From the NCBI GenBank assembly GCA_022447545.1, contig JAKVBI010000013.1, forward strand, positions 73,747 through 137,746: 64,000 nucleotides of DNA, written 5' to 3'. This DNA comes from Myxococcota bacterium. GTDB lineage: Bacteria > Myxococcota_A > UBA9160 > SMWR01. Each line of letters opens with the position of its first letter. The first letter of the stretch is position 1. Under the pieces are notes generated by a model, which saw only the letters and a program-made list of their open reading frames with translations, searched no databases and was not told the DNA's origin. This document shows, one piece after another, positions 1 to 10,573 of this stretch. Position numbers and translations under genes: made by a program.

Positions 1-310
1 TGGAAAAGGCGGCGACGGAAAGGAACAGGCTCACTCGCCTGCCGTAGCGATCACCAATTCGGCTGTCGAGAAACGAGCCCAGGATGTATCCCACCAGCCC
101 GCTTGTCACCGACCAACTCGCCGTTTCCACCGTGACGCCGAACTCCTGGGTGATCACTGGGAGCGCGAAACCAATGGTCACGATGTCGAAGAAGGCGAAA
201 AAGAAGCCTGCTCCGATGATCCATAGGACGGAGGTCGGGTAGGGCCATACCGGAATCCGGTCGAGCCGTGCGATCAGTTCTGCTCCGCTGGAAGCTGTTC
301 TCTGGGTCAT
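1..310 (-). CDS. MFS transporter, N-terminal part (gene runs off window start)
   Basis: Not in ORF track. Own translation from ATG (308-310, minus): MTQRTASSGAELIARLDRIPVWPYPTSVLWIIGAGFFFAFFDIVTIGFALPVI...LDSRIGDRYGRRVSLF. It shows two hydrophobic helices and the MFS loop motif D-R-x-G-R-R. Confidence 0.7.
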   Translation of the reverse strand, partial: MTQRTASSGAELIARLDRIPVWPYPTSVLWIIGAGFFFAFFDIVTIGFALPVITQEFGVTVETASWSVTSGLVGYILGSFLDSRIGDRYGRRVSLFLSVAAFS

Positions 311-460
311 CTTCGCGTTCCGGGTGAGAGGGGTAGAGATTACCGTAGGGTTGACCGCATGGTTTCCTCAGGAGGGTCTCCCTGGACGCATCTCGATTTC
401 TAGTCCACGAGTGCACTGGACGGGGTAGCGTACCGAGCCGCAACGCCAGTGAGGTCAGCC

Positions 461-1639
461 ATGCCGACGCCCCGCGCCGAGCCTTTCGAGATCCATGTTC
501 CCGACGACGCCCTCGACGATCTTCGCGATCGCTTGTTGCGGTGGCGTGCAACGCCGGATTTCGACAACGACGACTGGCGGTACGGAACGAATGGGGACTA
601 TCTGTCCGAGCTCGTGGGCTACTGGATCGATGAATACGATTGGCGGACCCACGAGGCGGCCATGAACGCTTTCTCGAACTACCGCGTGGAAATCGATGGT
701 ATGCCCATCCACTTCCTGCACGAAGCTGGCCGTGGTCCCACCCCCCTGCCCCTTGTGCTCAGCCACGGCTGGCCCTGGACCTTTTGGGACTTCGAGCAGG
801 TGATCGGTCCTCTCGCCGACCCCGGAGCTCATGGAGGTGATCCGGCGGATGCCTTCGATGTGATCGTCCCATCTTTGCCAGGCTTCGGATTTTCTTCACC
901 GTTGAACCGAAGTGGTGTGGGGATCACCACCACGGCGGTTCTATGGGACGAACTCATGCGCGGCGTGCTCGGTTACGAGCACTACGGCGCCCAGGGAGGA
1001 GACTGGGGTGCGATCGTGAGCGCGACTCTGGGGCATCGCTTTGCAGACGCTGTGGTCGGAGTCCACGAGAGCCTTCCCGGTTTCCTTGGTCTCGACTACG
1101 CGTCCCTTGCTCCAGAGGACTACGGACCCGATGAGGCGGACTGGCCGGCTCGCATGGCTGCGAAAATGGCGACGGCGACGAGCCACATGGCAGTGCACTC
1201 CATGGACCCCCAGACTCTCGCCTACGCGCTGGATGACTCACCGGTCGGATTGGCGGCGTGGATCGTCGAGCGACGTCGCGCCTGGGGCGATTGTGGGGGA
1301 GATGTCGAGAGCCGTTTCTCGAAAGACCACCTGCTGACCACGGTTTCCGTTTACTGGCACACGCGCACCATCGGCACCAGCATGCGGTACTACTTCGAGA
1401 ACGCCCACGGTGAGCAGTTCGCGCCCGTCCACGACCGTCAGCCAGCCGTGGAGGTTCCGAGTGGTTTTGCGGTCTTCCCTGAAGACGTTCTGCTGGTGCC
1501 GCGCAAAGTGGCTGAGCGCCATGCCAACGTCCAGCGCTGGACCGTCATGGAGGCCGGGGGGCACTTTGCGCCCGCCGAAGAGCCCGAGTGTCTGGTCGAG
1601 GATGTACGTGCCTTCTTTCGGACCTTGCGGTCCACCTGA
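461..1639 (+). CDS. Epoxide hydrolase (microsomal/EH N-terminal domain type alpha/beta hydrolase)
   Basis: ORF 449..1639, first ATG at 461. Motifs: HGWPWTF oxyanion motif, GGDWGA nucleophile elbow, N-terminal FEIHVPDDALDDLRDRL region typical of the EH N-terminal domain. Confidence 0.85.
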   Translation: MPTPRAEPFEIHVPDDALDDLRDRLLRWRATPDFDNDDWRYGTNGDYLSELVGYWIDEYDWRTHEAAMNAFSNYRVEIDGMPIHFLHEAGRGPTPLPLVLSHGWPWTFWDFEQVIGPLADPGAHGGDPADAFDVIVPSLPGFGFSSPLNRSGVGITTTAVLWDELMRGVLGYEHYGAQGGDWGAIVSATLGHRFADAVVGVHESLPGFLGLDYASLAPEDYGPDEADWPARMAAKMATATSHMAVHSMDPQTLAYALDDSPVGLAAWIVERRRAWGDCGGDVESRFSKDHLLTTVSVYWHTRTIGTSMRYYFENAHGEQFAPVHDRQPAVEVPSGFAVFPEDVLLVPRKVAERHANVQRWTVMEAGGHFAPAEEPECLVEDVRAFFRTLRST

Positions 1640-1802
1640 TTCGGAGGTCTCCTCTGAACGCGGCGTTGTCACATCCTTGGATGGTGCTCGGGCCCCAAAG
1701 CGCGGAGAGACCGAAGCCGAGTCGCCATCGGCCCTTCGTCGTACGCGCATGGTAGAGTTCGTTCCGGATGGGGGCGTAGATCGAAAGGGGAGTGGTTAGC
1801 GA

Positions 1803-2588
1803 GTGGCGAAGGGAAGACTCCAGGATCGGAAGGTACTCGTGGTGGGCGCCTCTTCGGGCATTGGCCTGGCCAGCGGCCAGGCCATTGCGGCCGAGGGTGG
1901 GCGGGTGGCTTTTGCGGCGCGTAGGGTGGCCTTGCTGGAGGAGGCCGTGGCTGCGGCCGGCGCCGGCAGTGTCGCCTTGGCATGCGACGTCTGCGACCCG
2001 GCGTCCTGCGAGCAGGCGGTGGACCAAGCGGCTGAGGCCCTGGGCGGACTCGATGCTCTCGTCTACACGCCAGGGGTCACGCTCTACAACGACATCCAGG
2101 ACATGGACGCCGATGCCTGGCGTCTGACTCTCGATACCAACGTCATCGGGGCGAGCCTGGTCATGAGCCAGGCGCTTCCGCACTTGGAGAAGGTTCGCGG
2201 CAAAGCCGTATTTTTTTCGTCCATCTCCATTGACGATCAGCCCCCCCGGCGCGGTATGGCGCCCTATGTGGTGAGCAAGACCGCTCTCGAGACACTCGTT
2301 CGCGCCTGGCAGGGAGAGCACCAGAGCGTGGGATTCACCACCATTGCCATGGGTGACACCTTGTCGGGCAAGGTGGGTGAGAGCAACAACAGCCGCCTTC
2401 CCGACTATGTCCAGGGCTGGATCGAAAAGGGTTACATGTACGGTCGGTTGATGGAGGCCGAGAGTGTGGCGGCCCAGGTCGTGAACGTGCTGAGTTCACC
2501 CGAGACGGTCCGGCGCCTCGCCATCACTCCACAGTACGCCGACGCGGACACGGTGATGGAGAGTGTCTTCGTCTCAGAAGACGCCTGA
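1803..2588 (+). CDS. Short-chain dehydrogenase/reductase (SDR)
   Basis: 261 aa with Rossmann motif KVLVVGASSGIGLA. GTG start preceded by AAGGGGA. Confidence 0.85.
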   Translation: MAKGRLQDRKVLVVGASSGIGLASGQAIAAEGGRVAFAARRVALLEEAVAAAGAGSVALACDVCDPASCEQAVDQAAEALGGLDALVYTPGVTLYNDIQDMDADAWRLTLDTNVIGASLVMSQALPHLEKVRGKAVFFSSISIDDQPPRRGMAPYVVSKTALETLVRAWQGEHQSVGFTTIAMGDTLSGKVGESNNSRLPDYVQGWIEKGYMYGRLMEAESVAAQVVNVLSSPETVRRLAITPQYADADTVMESVFVSEDA

Positions 2589-2641
2589 ATTCAGACAGTC
2601 TCTGCGAATCGTTTGCCAACCCCAATGGGTGGGATGGAGTC

Positions 2642-3589
2642 ATGAGCCAGCGCAACTACGACCCCGACTTCGATGAGCTGCTTCCTCTTCTGCCTACCGT
2701 GACCGACTTCTCCAGCCTAGAGGCGGTTCAGGAGATGCGCGCCAATCGCGCGAACATGCTCGGCGAAGTTGTCGATCGCGATGACGTCGACAAAGACGAC
2801 CGGGTCATTCCGGGTCCCGCCGACTCGCCCGATGTGCCGATCCGAATCTATCGGTCGAAGGTCGAAACCGACGGTCCCCGGCCCGGGGTGTTCGAGATTC
2901 ACGGTGGTGGCTTCATGATGGGAAGCATCGACATGATGGACGCCTGGTGCCAACGGGTCGCTGCCGAACTCGATGTGGTGGTGGTGTCGGTCGAATATCG
3001 CCTGGCGCCCGAAGACCCCTACCCCGCCGGCGTCGAGGATTGCTACGCGGCTCTTGCCTGGATGGCGGCTCAGGCCGATGCGCTTGGGGTCGATCCGAAG
3101 CGGATTGCCGTGGCGGGACAGAGTGCGGGAGGGGGTCTGGCGGCGGCGACCGCTTTGCTCGCTCGAGATCGAGGAGGGCCCGAGCTGTGTTTTCAACTGC
3201 TCGAGATTCCCGAACTCGACGATCGCCTCGACACGCCCTCCATGTTGGCCTTCACGGATACACCTCTGTGGAACCTGCCCAACGCCCGATGGAGTTGGCG
3301 CCACTACCTCGGTCCCAACCACCAGGGTGAGGTCTCCCCCTACGCGGCACCCGCCCGTGCCGAAGACCTCTCGGGCCTACCCCCCGCCTACGTGTCCACC
3401 ATGGAGTTCGACCCGCTGCGCGACGAGGGCATCCTGTACGCGACACGCATGCTGCAGGCGGGGATCTCGGTCGAGTTGCACTCCTTTCCGGGCACCTTTC
3501 ACGGGTCGGCGCTCTTGCCGGGGGCCGAGGTCTCTAAGCGCAGCCTCGACGAAGTGATCGGGGTGCTTCGCCGCAGGTTGGCTGCCTGA
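2642..3589 (+). CDS. Alpha/beta-hydrolase fold-3 esterase/lipase (HSL family)
   Basis: HGGGFMMGS oxyanion motif and GQSAGGGLA (GxSxG) nucleophile elbow. 315 aa. Confidence 0.85.
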   Translation: MSQRNYDPDFDELLPLLPTVTDFSSLEAVQEMRANRANMLGEVVDRDDVDKDDRVIPGPADSPDVPIRIYRSKVETDGPRPGVFEIHGGGFMMGSIDMMDAWCQRVAAELDVVVVSVEYRLAPEDPYPAGVEDCYAALAWMAAQADALGVDPKRIAVAGQSAGGGLAAATALLARDRGGPELCFQLLEIPELDDRLDTPSMLAFTDTPLWNLPNARWSWRHYLGPNHQGEVSPYAAPARAEDLSGLPPAYVSTMEFDPLRDEGILYATRMLQAGISVELHSFPGTFHGSALLPGAEVSKRSLDEVIGVLRRRLAA

Positions 3590-3808
3590 CCTCGGGGGCC
3601 CGTGTTTCTTGCCAGCTGGGGTCTGATTCTGGGGAACCTTCGTCAAGAACGGTGATCCGGGGCCAATCGATTGATTCCGATCCCCGAACTGACCGGCCAT
3701 CGCTGTTCAAGGCGTCCGGTTTTCCGATACAGTGGAGCCGGTTCTCGGAGGGGAGCTTCGGGCTGGCCGGGGCGAGACGATGAGCGCCGCGCGACCAAGG
3801 GGAAAACG

Positions 3809-4243
3809 ATGGCTGTGCCGACACACGAGCAATTAAAGCAGTGGGCCCAGGGTTACGTGGAGCACTGGAACTCGGGTGACAAGGAGGCTTGGAGGCAGAA
3901 TTGGCTCTCGGTGGCGCCCGGAGACTTCACCATGTGGGATCCCGTGGGCACTCCTTCCAAGCATGGTTTCGAGCACTGTGCACTCGATTCCTATGATCTC
4001 TTCCAGCCGGCAGTTCGTTTCCATGTTCCGCCCGAGACCTGTTTCTTCAACGGAAATGAAGTGGCCTGGGTGATGCAGAATCTCTTTGAACGCGACGGTG
4101 AAACCCAGCGTCACAACAGCATCGAGACCTACCAGTTTGGTGACGACGGCTCGGTGGTGATTCGGACCTACTACGTGGTTCCCTCCCATGACGACGCTGC
4201 GCTCGGGGAGATTTTTCAGACCTACCTGCCGGGCGAGAAGTAA
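3809..4243 (+). CDS. NTF2-like / SnoaL-like small protein
   Basis: Track ORF 3671..4243 has an Arg/Gly-rich 5' extension. ATG at 3809 is preceded by AAGGGGA. MAVPTHEQLKQWAQGYVEHWNSGDKEAW is a typical SnoaL-type N-terminus. Confidence 0.65.
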   Translation: MAVPTHEQLKQWAQGYVEHWNSGDKEAWRQNWLSVAPGDFTMWDPVGTPSKHGFEHCALDSYDLFQPAVRFHVPPETCFFNGNEVAWVMQNLFERDGETQRHNSIETYQFGDDGSVVIRTYYVVPSHDDAALGEIFQTYLPGEK

Positions 4244-4314
4244 ACGGGGAGTCTTCGTTTCCGAACTTCCGAGTCGGGGATCGGGTTAACGGGGCGCGCG
4301 ATGGGATCGCCGAG

Positions 4315-5491
4315 TCACGTGATCGGATCGCCCATGCGTGCGAATACGTCGGCCATCTCGCCTCCATAGAAGCGTTGACGCCGGGTTTCGGATAGATCCT
4401 TCAGCGCCTCTCGGTAGTAGCCCATGGGATCGGTGTAGCCTTCGAAGTGTGGAAAGTCCGATGAGAAGACGATCATCTCGTCGGGAAGCTCCTCGATCAC
4501 CCGTGAAACGGGCTGGTCGGTCGCCCAGGACAGGGGGGTGCCGCGCACATTTCGTGTCAGGTACTCGCTCGGCTTGAGGGGATACTTCCATTTGCCGAGG
4601 AACAGTTCGCTGGTAGGCACGATCCGGCCATCGATTTGTCGGTGAAACCAAGGCAGCCAGCCCACTCCGAGCTCTGCGAGGAGCAGGGTGAGGGTCGGGT
4701 GTCGCTCGAAGACGCCGTTGAAGACGAAGGCCGAGAGCAGCGTCTGGGCTCCTACGTGTAGGTGGCTCGATGCGAACTGGCGCAACTGGTCGACGTCGGT
4801 GCCCAGGTTGGCCCAGCCGGGATCGAAGGCACTGCGCTCGAAGCCCACGTGCAACATCGGCGCCATTCCGAGGTCCGTGGCGGTAGACCACAGCCGGTCC
4901 CATTGGGGGTGGCATGGTGGGATCCCATTCACGGGGTAGCCCGGGATCAGGAAGATTCGGCTGTTTCGGGCGCGCATGCGTGTCAGTTCCTCGATCGCCC
5001 AGTCGAGGTCCGAGCAGTCCAGGGTGGTGACCGGCAGCAGCCGTCCTGCGGCCGCGTCGCAGTTGTCGGCGAGCCAGCCGTTGCAGGCTCGGATGGCTTC
5101 TCGTAGTAGCGGTGGATCCCGGTCCTCGAGGGCAATCCGGTACGCCATGCCCGACAAGCAGATCACGTTCTGCACGTCGATGCCCTGGCTGTCGAGCCAT
5201 TCGACCCGCGCTGCGGCGTTTGCGACTTCGAACTGGTTGTGACCCTCGAACTCGGCGCGGCGCTCGGCTTCGCCCTCCTTCTCCTGGGCGAATAGGGTGA
5301 GCAGGCCCGGCGGTGTGAGTTCCTCCACGGTGGGCTGGTCGGCTTCGGGCACGTCGCGCAGCAGATTGCCGGCGATCCCGTCGATGGCGGTGATCGCCGG
5401 GTTGAGGGTCGGGAGCCGGGACGACAGCTCGGGATAGGGGTCGAGCCAATCTTCACCGGGCTCGAAGTGGGAATCGATGTCGAAGATCACG
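4315..5491 (-). CDS. Amidohydrolase-2 family metal-dependent hydrolase/decarboxylase (ACMSD-like)
   Basis: IFDIDSHFEPG near the N-terminus and VFSSDFPHFEG near the C-terminus. GTG at 5491 is 4 nt downstream of AGGAGG; the alternative ATG is at 5517. Confidence 0.8.
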
Positions 5492-5612
5492 GAGCCTCCT
5501 GATTCCACGGTGTGCATTCATTATGGCACTCCCCTCCCTGTGGTGTGGGTTCTGGACGGGGTCTCCACGGTACCTGATATCCTTTCCCCGCCTGAGGCTT
5601 CGGAGGCTGAGC

Positions 5613-7103
5613 ATGGACCAGGATCAGGGAAGTGGGTCGAGTTCGAACTGGGATCGTGTCGTCGATGTCATCGTCGTGGGCCAGGGTGCAGCGGGCTGTG
5701 CGGCCGCCCTGGAGGGTTCGGAAGCCGGCGCGGAAACCCTCGTGCTCGAAAAAATGCCCGAGGGGCGCGATGGCGGGAACACGCGGGTCTCGGGGGGCAT
5801 CTGGTTCCAACACCACGATCCAGAAGGGATTGCGACGTACCTGAGGGCGATGTGCGGCGAATACCCAGTGCCCGAAGATGTGATTCGTGTATGGGCGCAG
5901 GAGACACAACGCAATTCGGCGTGGATTGAAAGTCTCGGTGCGGCCATTGGTGTTCATGGGGAATATGTGCCCGAGTACCCGGAGCTCCCCGGCAGCGAAG
6001 CCTACGCGGGGTATCTGGGCATCGAAGGCCAGATGGGAAACGGGCGTCTGTTCGGCGTCCTCAAGGCAGCGCTCGCCGCTCGGGGCATCGAGGTTCTTCT
6101 CGAAACACCGGCGCGCGAGTTGGTGCAGGACCCCGCGAGTGGTGAGATCCTGGGTGTCTTGGTGACGTCGGGAAGCCAAGAGCTTCGCTTGGGGGCTCGT
6201 CGTGGGGTGGTGTTGGCCACGGGTGGTTTCGAGAACAACGCCGAGATGGTGCGCGACTATCTCCGCCTGACCGACGTACCCGTCTGGGGTTCTCCCGCTG
6301 GCACCGGCGATGGCATCAAGATGGCTCAAAAGGTCGGTGCAGATCTTTGGCACATGGACAACATGATGACGACTCTGGGCCTCCGGGCCCCGGGGTTCGA
6401 GGCCGGATTTTATGTGGCCTTCAACCATGCCCAGGGTTTCCTGTGTGTGGGGATGGACGGCACTCGGATCAGCAATGAGTTGCCCCAGGTGGGACACGGC
6501 CAGGCGGTGTTGAACGGGAGTTATGAGTTGTTCCCGACGTCTCCCATGCACGTGATCTTCGACGAGGCGACGCGCCGCGCCGGGCCCATCTCTCCCACTC
6601 GCGACGAGCTGGAGGTGGGTTGGAATGTGGTGATCGAGAACTATGACTGGAGCCGCGACAACAGTACCGAGATCGAGAAGGGTTGGATCCAGCGTGCCGA
6701 CACGCTGGATGAGCTCGGCCCGAAACTGGGTGTGGACGGCAAGGCTCTGACGCAAAGTGTCCAGCACTACAATCGGTCCTGCGCGGAGGGTTTCGATGCC
6801 GCCTTCGGGCGCGATCCAGACACCCTGGTTCCCGTCTCCGAGCCCCCCTTCTACGGCTTCACATCGGCTCCGATGTTGGGCTGGAGTAACGGCGGGCCTC
6901 GGCGCGACGAGCAGGCGCGGGTCATCGATGCATTGGGCGATGTGATCCCTCGCCTCTACGCCGCGGGTTGCATCAGCTCGACCTACAGCTGGTGCAAGGA
7001 TGGAGGCATGCACATCGCCGATGCTCTGGCTTTCGGACGTGTAGCGGGACGCGGAGCGGCCGCCGAGGCGCCACTGGGGCTTACTTCGTCTGACCGCACG
7101 TGA
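5613..7103 (+). CDS. FAD-dependent oxidoreductase (FAD_binding_2; KstD/fumarate-reductase-like flavoprotein)
   Basis: DVIVVGQGAAGCAAALEGSEAG dinucleotide fold and C-terminal IPRLYAAGC motif. ATG at 5613 follows GGAGG. Confidence 0.8.
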   Translation: MDQDQGSGSSSNWDRVVDVIVVGQGAAGCAAALEGSEAGAETLVLEKMPEGRDGGNTRVSGGIWFQHHDPEGIATYLRAMCGEYPVPEDVIRVWAQETQRNSAWIESLGAAIGVHGEYVPEYPELPGSEAYAGYLGIEGQMGNGRLFGVLKAALAARGIEVLLETPARELVQDPASGEILGVLVTSGSQELRLGARRGVVLATGGFENNAEMVRDYLRLTDVPVWGSPAGTGDGIKMAQKVGADLWHMDNMMTTLGLRAPGFEAGFYVAFNHAQGFLCVGMDGTRISNELPQVGHGQAVLNGSYELFPTSPMHVIFDEATRRAGPISPTRDELEVGWNVVIENYDWSRDNSTEIEKGWIQRADTLDELGPKLGVDGKALTQSVQHYNRSCAEGFDAAFGRDPDTLVPVSEPPFYGFTSAPMLGWSNGGPRRDEQARVIDALGDVIPRLYAAGCISSTYSWCKDGGMHIADALAFGRVAGRGAAAEAPLGLTSSDRT

Positions 7104-7115
7104 CCGAAGTCGTGT

Positions 7116-7478
7116 TCAGCTCGCCGATCCGCGAGCGAACCACGCCAGCGAGATCCAGCCCCCCACAAAGCACAGTCCGCCGAGCGGGGTGATTGGGCCG
7201 AGCCAGCGGGGCCCGCCCAGGGCAAGGGCGTAGAGGGAACCCGAAAAGGCCAGGATCCCCGCCGTGAACAGGGCTGCCGATGGTTGAACCGAGCGCCCGG
7301 TGGCGTTCCCCCAGAGCACCACGGCCAGCAGGGCTACGGCGTGCACGAGGTGGTACTCGACGGCCGTCGACCAGGTCTGTAGCTGTTGAGCGTCCAGGCG
7401 AGCCTTGAGGGCATGAGCGCCGAAGGCTCCCAGGGCCACTCCTGCCGCGCCCAGTAGAGAAGCTGTGCTGATCCACAT
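7116..7478 (-). CDS. DUF423 family small membrane protein
   Basis: 120 aa, four hydrophobic segments, GAFGAHAL motif typical of DUF423/YgdD-like proteins. Confidence 0.7.
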   Translation of the reverse strand: MWISTASLLGAAGVALGAFGAHALKARLDAQQLQTWSTAVEYHLVHAVALLAVVLWGNATGRSVQPSAALFTAGILAFSGSLYALALGGPRWLGPITPLGGLCFVGGWISLAWFARGSAS

Positions 7479-7567
7479 GTTGTTCCCCCGAAGTTGGGTT
7501 TTTGTTTCAACCGTTCATTGGATGTCACCGTACTGCGGAGGGTCGGTGGCTTCGAGGCCCTTTGTCT

Positions 7568-8995
7568 TCAGCGGAGTTCGGGTCGCCGGTCCGCCCACGG
7601 CCGGGCTCGTTCGAGCTGAGCGGCCAGTCGCAGCAACCCACCTTCGTCTCCCAGCCGCGCGGCGAATTGGATTCCGATGGGCAGGCCTGCTTCGTTCCAA
7701 TACAAGGGAATCGACATGGCAGGGTGCCCTGAGGCATTGAACAATTGGGTGTATCCCACCGATGTGAGGAGGGCGGTCACGAGTTGTTTCGTATCCGGGT
7801 TGGAGAGTGAAGGCACCCCCAACTTTTCTGGAGGCGCCCCCATGGTGGGTGTGAGGATCATGTCGTAGTCAGTGAGAAAACGTTCGACCTTGCGTCCCAC
7901 GGCGTGGATTTCGCGAATCGCTCGCGCGTAGTCCAGGGCGCTGCGCTGACGGGCGCCCTCGGTGGTCACCCAGGTGAAGGGCTCGACGTCGTCAGGGGTG
8001 AGTTCCCGGCCCAGGGTGGCTGCGCGATCATCGAGTAGGCTCGCCACGTTGCCACCCATGATGGCCTGCCCGGAGGTCCCCAGGGCCTGCCGATCCACGG
8101 AAAGCTGTGCCTCCTCGACCTCGTGTCCCAGAGATTCACACAGCAGTGCTGCGTCGCGAACGGCAGCCTGGCAGTCCGGGTGGGTGGGCAAACCATTGAA
8201 GGTTTCTCCAATCAACGCGATGCGCAGGCGCCCGGGGTCTCGGTCCATTTCTTCCAGGTAGGGGCGTTCTTTGGGCTTGGCCTGATAGGGGGCCCCGACG
8301 TCGGGTCCTTCCACGGCGTCCAGCAGCACGGCGTTGTCACGGACCGAGCGGGTGACGGCATGCATGGTGCTCATGCCACTCCAGCCCTCGCCTACGTCGG
8401 GACCAAAGGGGATGCGACCCCGGCTCGGCTTCAAGCCGAACAGTCCACAGCAGGCGGCCGGAATTCGGATCGAGCCCCCACCATCGCTGGCGTGGGCACC
8501 AGGGAGAATGCCAGCGGCTACAGCCGCGGCTGCGCCGCCCGAAGATCCGCCGGCCACGTGCTCGAGGTTCCAGGGGTTTCGGGTCTGACCAAAGAGTGTG
8601 GATTCCGTGGTGGTGGTGAGGCCGAATTCTGGAGATGCCGATTTGCCGAAGATCACGAGCCCAGCTCGTTTGTAGCGGATCACGATTTCTGAATCGTGGT
8701 CGGGGACGTGGTCGGAAAACAAGCGGCAGCCGTGGGTGGTAGGGACTCCGGCGTAGAGCACTGCCAGATCTTTGAGCAAGAAGGGCACGCCCCGCAGCGG
8801 ACCCTCTGGAAGGCCGTTTTGGATAGAGGCGCGCGCCTGCTCCTGCATGGGAATCACGATCGCATTGAGGGTGGGGTTGAGGGCGTCCATTCTTGCCAAC
8901 GCCTCGTCGAGGATCTCGTTCGGAGAGATCTCACCATTGCGCACCAACTCGGCCAACCCAAGTGCGTCGTAGCTCTCGTATTCGTTGAAGCTCAT
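7568..8995 (-). CDS. Amidase (amidase-signature family)
   Basis: 475 aa with the GGSSGGAAAAVAAG signature and a GGSIRIPA segment. Confidence 0.9.
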   Translation of the reverse strand: MSFNEYESYDALGLAELVRNGEISPNEILDEALARMDALNPTLNAIVIPMQEQARASIQNGLPEGPLRGVPFLLKDLAVLYAGVPTTHGCRLFSDHVPDHDSEIVIRYKRAGLVIFGKSASPEFGLTTTTESTLFGQTRNPWNLEHVAGGSSGGAAAAVAAGILPGAHASDGGGSIRIPAACCGLFGLKPSRGRIPFGPDVGEGWSGMSTMHAVTRSVRDNAVLLDAVEGPDVGAPYQAKPKERPYLEEMDRDPGRLRIALIGETFNGLPTHPDCQAAVRDAALLCESLGHEVEEAQLSVDRQALGTSGQAIMGGNVASLLDDRAATLGRELTPDDVEPFTWVTTEGARQRSALDYARAIREIHAVGRKVERFLTDYDMILTPTMGAPPEKLGVPSLSNPDTKQLVTALLTSVGYTQLFNASGHPAMSIPLYWNEAGLPIGIQFAARLGDEGGLLRLAAQLERARPWADRRPELR

Positions 8996-9009
8996 GTCCC
9001 GTGACCCTT

Positions 9010-9043
9010 CTCTTACATGATCTCCGAGATTCTACTGTAAGAG
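9010..9043. repeat. Nested inverted repeat next to the amidase SD / divergent promoter region
   Basis: CTCTTACA (9010-9017) pairs with TGTAAGAG (9036-9043). Inner pair ATCTC (9020-9024) / GAGAT (9026-9030). Confidence 0.35.
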
Positions 9044-9266
9044 GAACTCCCCATGAGAACCGCCCGCCCAGGGGCTCATCACTCCGTGGGTGAGGCGCCG
9101 TATCGTTCTCTGTGGCACAAGCGATTGCCTCCTCCTAGAATCAGCTCTCGCTTCGGACCGGACTATCGCCGGCACCATTGGAATCCCATTGTCACGTACG
9201 AAAGCAGAAGAGAGCCTGGGCGCGAGCCCGGGAGAGGCGGCACTCAACCCCGCGGACTCCGTTGCC

Positions 9267-10541
9267 ATGGGAGTTCAATCGGCGCACGCACCACACATCG
9301 TCGAGCCGGCTCGCGTGCGTGCATTTGTCGCACTGCGGCACCGGGAGTACCGGCTGCTCTTCATCGCCTTTCTCGTCAATCAGATTGGATTCTGGATTTC
9401 GCACATTTCTCTTCAGGGGCTCATGGTCGAGCTCACCGACAACGATGCGCGCCAGAGTGGTCTGCTCTTCTTCGCTTTGTTCTTGCCGGCTTCCGTGGTG
9501 GCACCCGTTGCGGGCGTCGCAGCCGATCGTTTTGATCGAAAGCGAATCGTACTTGTTTGTTATGCGGCCGTCGCAGTCGTCACGGCAGCCCTTTCGGTGT
9601 TTACCCATCTCGGCTGGATGACGCCTGAGCGTTTGCTTCTGCTTGCCCTTTTGATGGGTACGTCCTTCGCAGTCTCAGGGCCGGCCAACATGGCCATCGC
9701 GGCGAACGCGGTTCCTGAACACGACTTGCCCAGCGCGGTCTCCATGCAGTCCGCCAGCAATAACCTCACTCGTGTGCTTGGCCCGACCCTGGCAGCGCCA
9801 TTGCTCGTGGGCGAACGCTTCGATATCTCCTTTGGAATCTATTTCGTGGCAACCATCGTGGCCGCACTGCTGATCGCACAGATGCGCCTCTCTCCGTATC
9901 TGCCGGACTACACCGAGTCGGGCATCTTTTCTCGTGTCCGAAGCGGGGTCGAGCACGCCCACCAGCGCTACCCCGCACTCCCCGCGTTGTTGACCGTGGC
10001 GACGCTGTCTTTGCTGGGGGTGTCGCACACAGTCCTGCTTCCGATCTACGCAGAAGAGGTCCTCGGCGACCGCGACTGGTTCGCGTGGCTGGTGGTGGCC
10101 ACGGGGATGGGAGCATTCGTTGGAGCCATCGTCGCCGGCAGTGCGCGTCGGCCTCCCTCTCTGGCGCGTTCCGCACTGGCCGTGGCCGCCTATGGGGCGT
10201 TCTTCGCACTGTTTGCGGTTTCACGGGCACCGACTTTGGCGATGTTCGCTCAGGTGTTGATCGGTTACTTCTATTTCGCAGTCATGACGAGTTTGCAGAC
10301 TTTGATTCAGCAGATCGTGGACGAACCCAAACGCGGTCGAGTCATGAGCTTGTTCCAGATTGCCTGGGCGGGGTTGGTGCCCTTTGGCAGTCTCGGAATG
10401 GGGTATTGCGCCGATATCCTAGGGACCGTGCCCACTCTTCTGGGTGCAGCGGTACTGCTGGGTCTCTTCGGTTTGGCGATGTCCCTCTGGGTCCACTTTA
10501 CGTCGCCAACGAGCATCGACCGGATCCTCGATCCGGCTTGA
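9267..10541 (+). CDS. MFS transporter (EntS/MFS_3-like)
   Basis: Track ORF 9090..10541, first ATG with a plausible N-terminus at 9267. About 12 hydrophobic segments; FRHREYRLLFIAFLVNQIGFW is a typical N-terminus for this subfamily. Confidence 0.8.
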   Translation: MGVQSAHAPHIVEPARVRAFVALRHREYRLLFIAFLVNQIGFWISHISLQGLMVELTDNDARQSGLLFFALFLPASVVAPVAGVAADRFDRKRIVLVCYAAVAVVTAALSVFTHLGWMTPERLLLLALLMGTSFAVSGPANMAIAANAVPEHDLPSAVSMQSASNNLTRVLGPTLAAPLLVGERFDISFGIYFVATIVAALLIAQMRLSPYLPDYTESGIFSRVRSGVEHAHQRYPALPALLTVATLSLLGVSHTVLLPIYAEEVLGDRDWFAWLVVATGMGAFVGAIVAGSARRPPSLARSALAVAAYGAFFALFAVSRAPTLAMFAQVLIGYFYFAVMTSLQTLIQQIVDEPKRGRVMSLFQIAWAGLVPFGSLGMGYCADILGTVPTLLGAAVLLGLFGLAMSLWVHFTSPTSIDRILDPA

Positions 10542-10573
10542 TCCCACGTGGTGGATCGGGTGGTTTCTACGAG

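Noticed and set aside
5487-7013. 508-aa ORF antisense to the FAD oxidoreductase gene. Similar long antisense or alternate-frame ORFs occur at 4286-5449, 14154-15356, 19823-21025, 26442-27713 and 29500-30522.
   Set aside because: They are Arg/Pro/Gly/His-rich low-complexity translations with no motifs. Each fully overlaps a gene with clear family signatures. This is the expected stop-codon-poor antisense frame in GC-rich DNA.
9113-9128. Sigma-54-like promoter TGGCAC-N6-TTGC upstream of the MFS gene.
   Set aside because: The GG-to-GC spacing is 11 nt rather than the strict 10 nt of the -24/-12 consensus, and no enhancer-binding protein gene is nearby.
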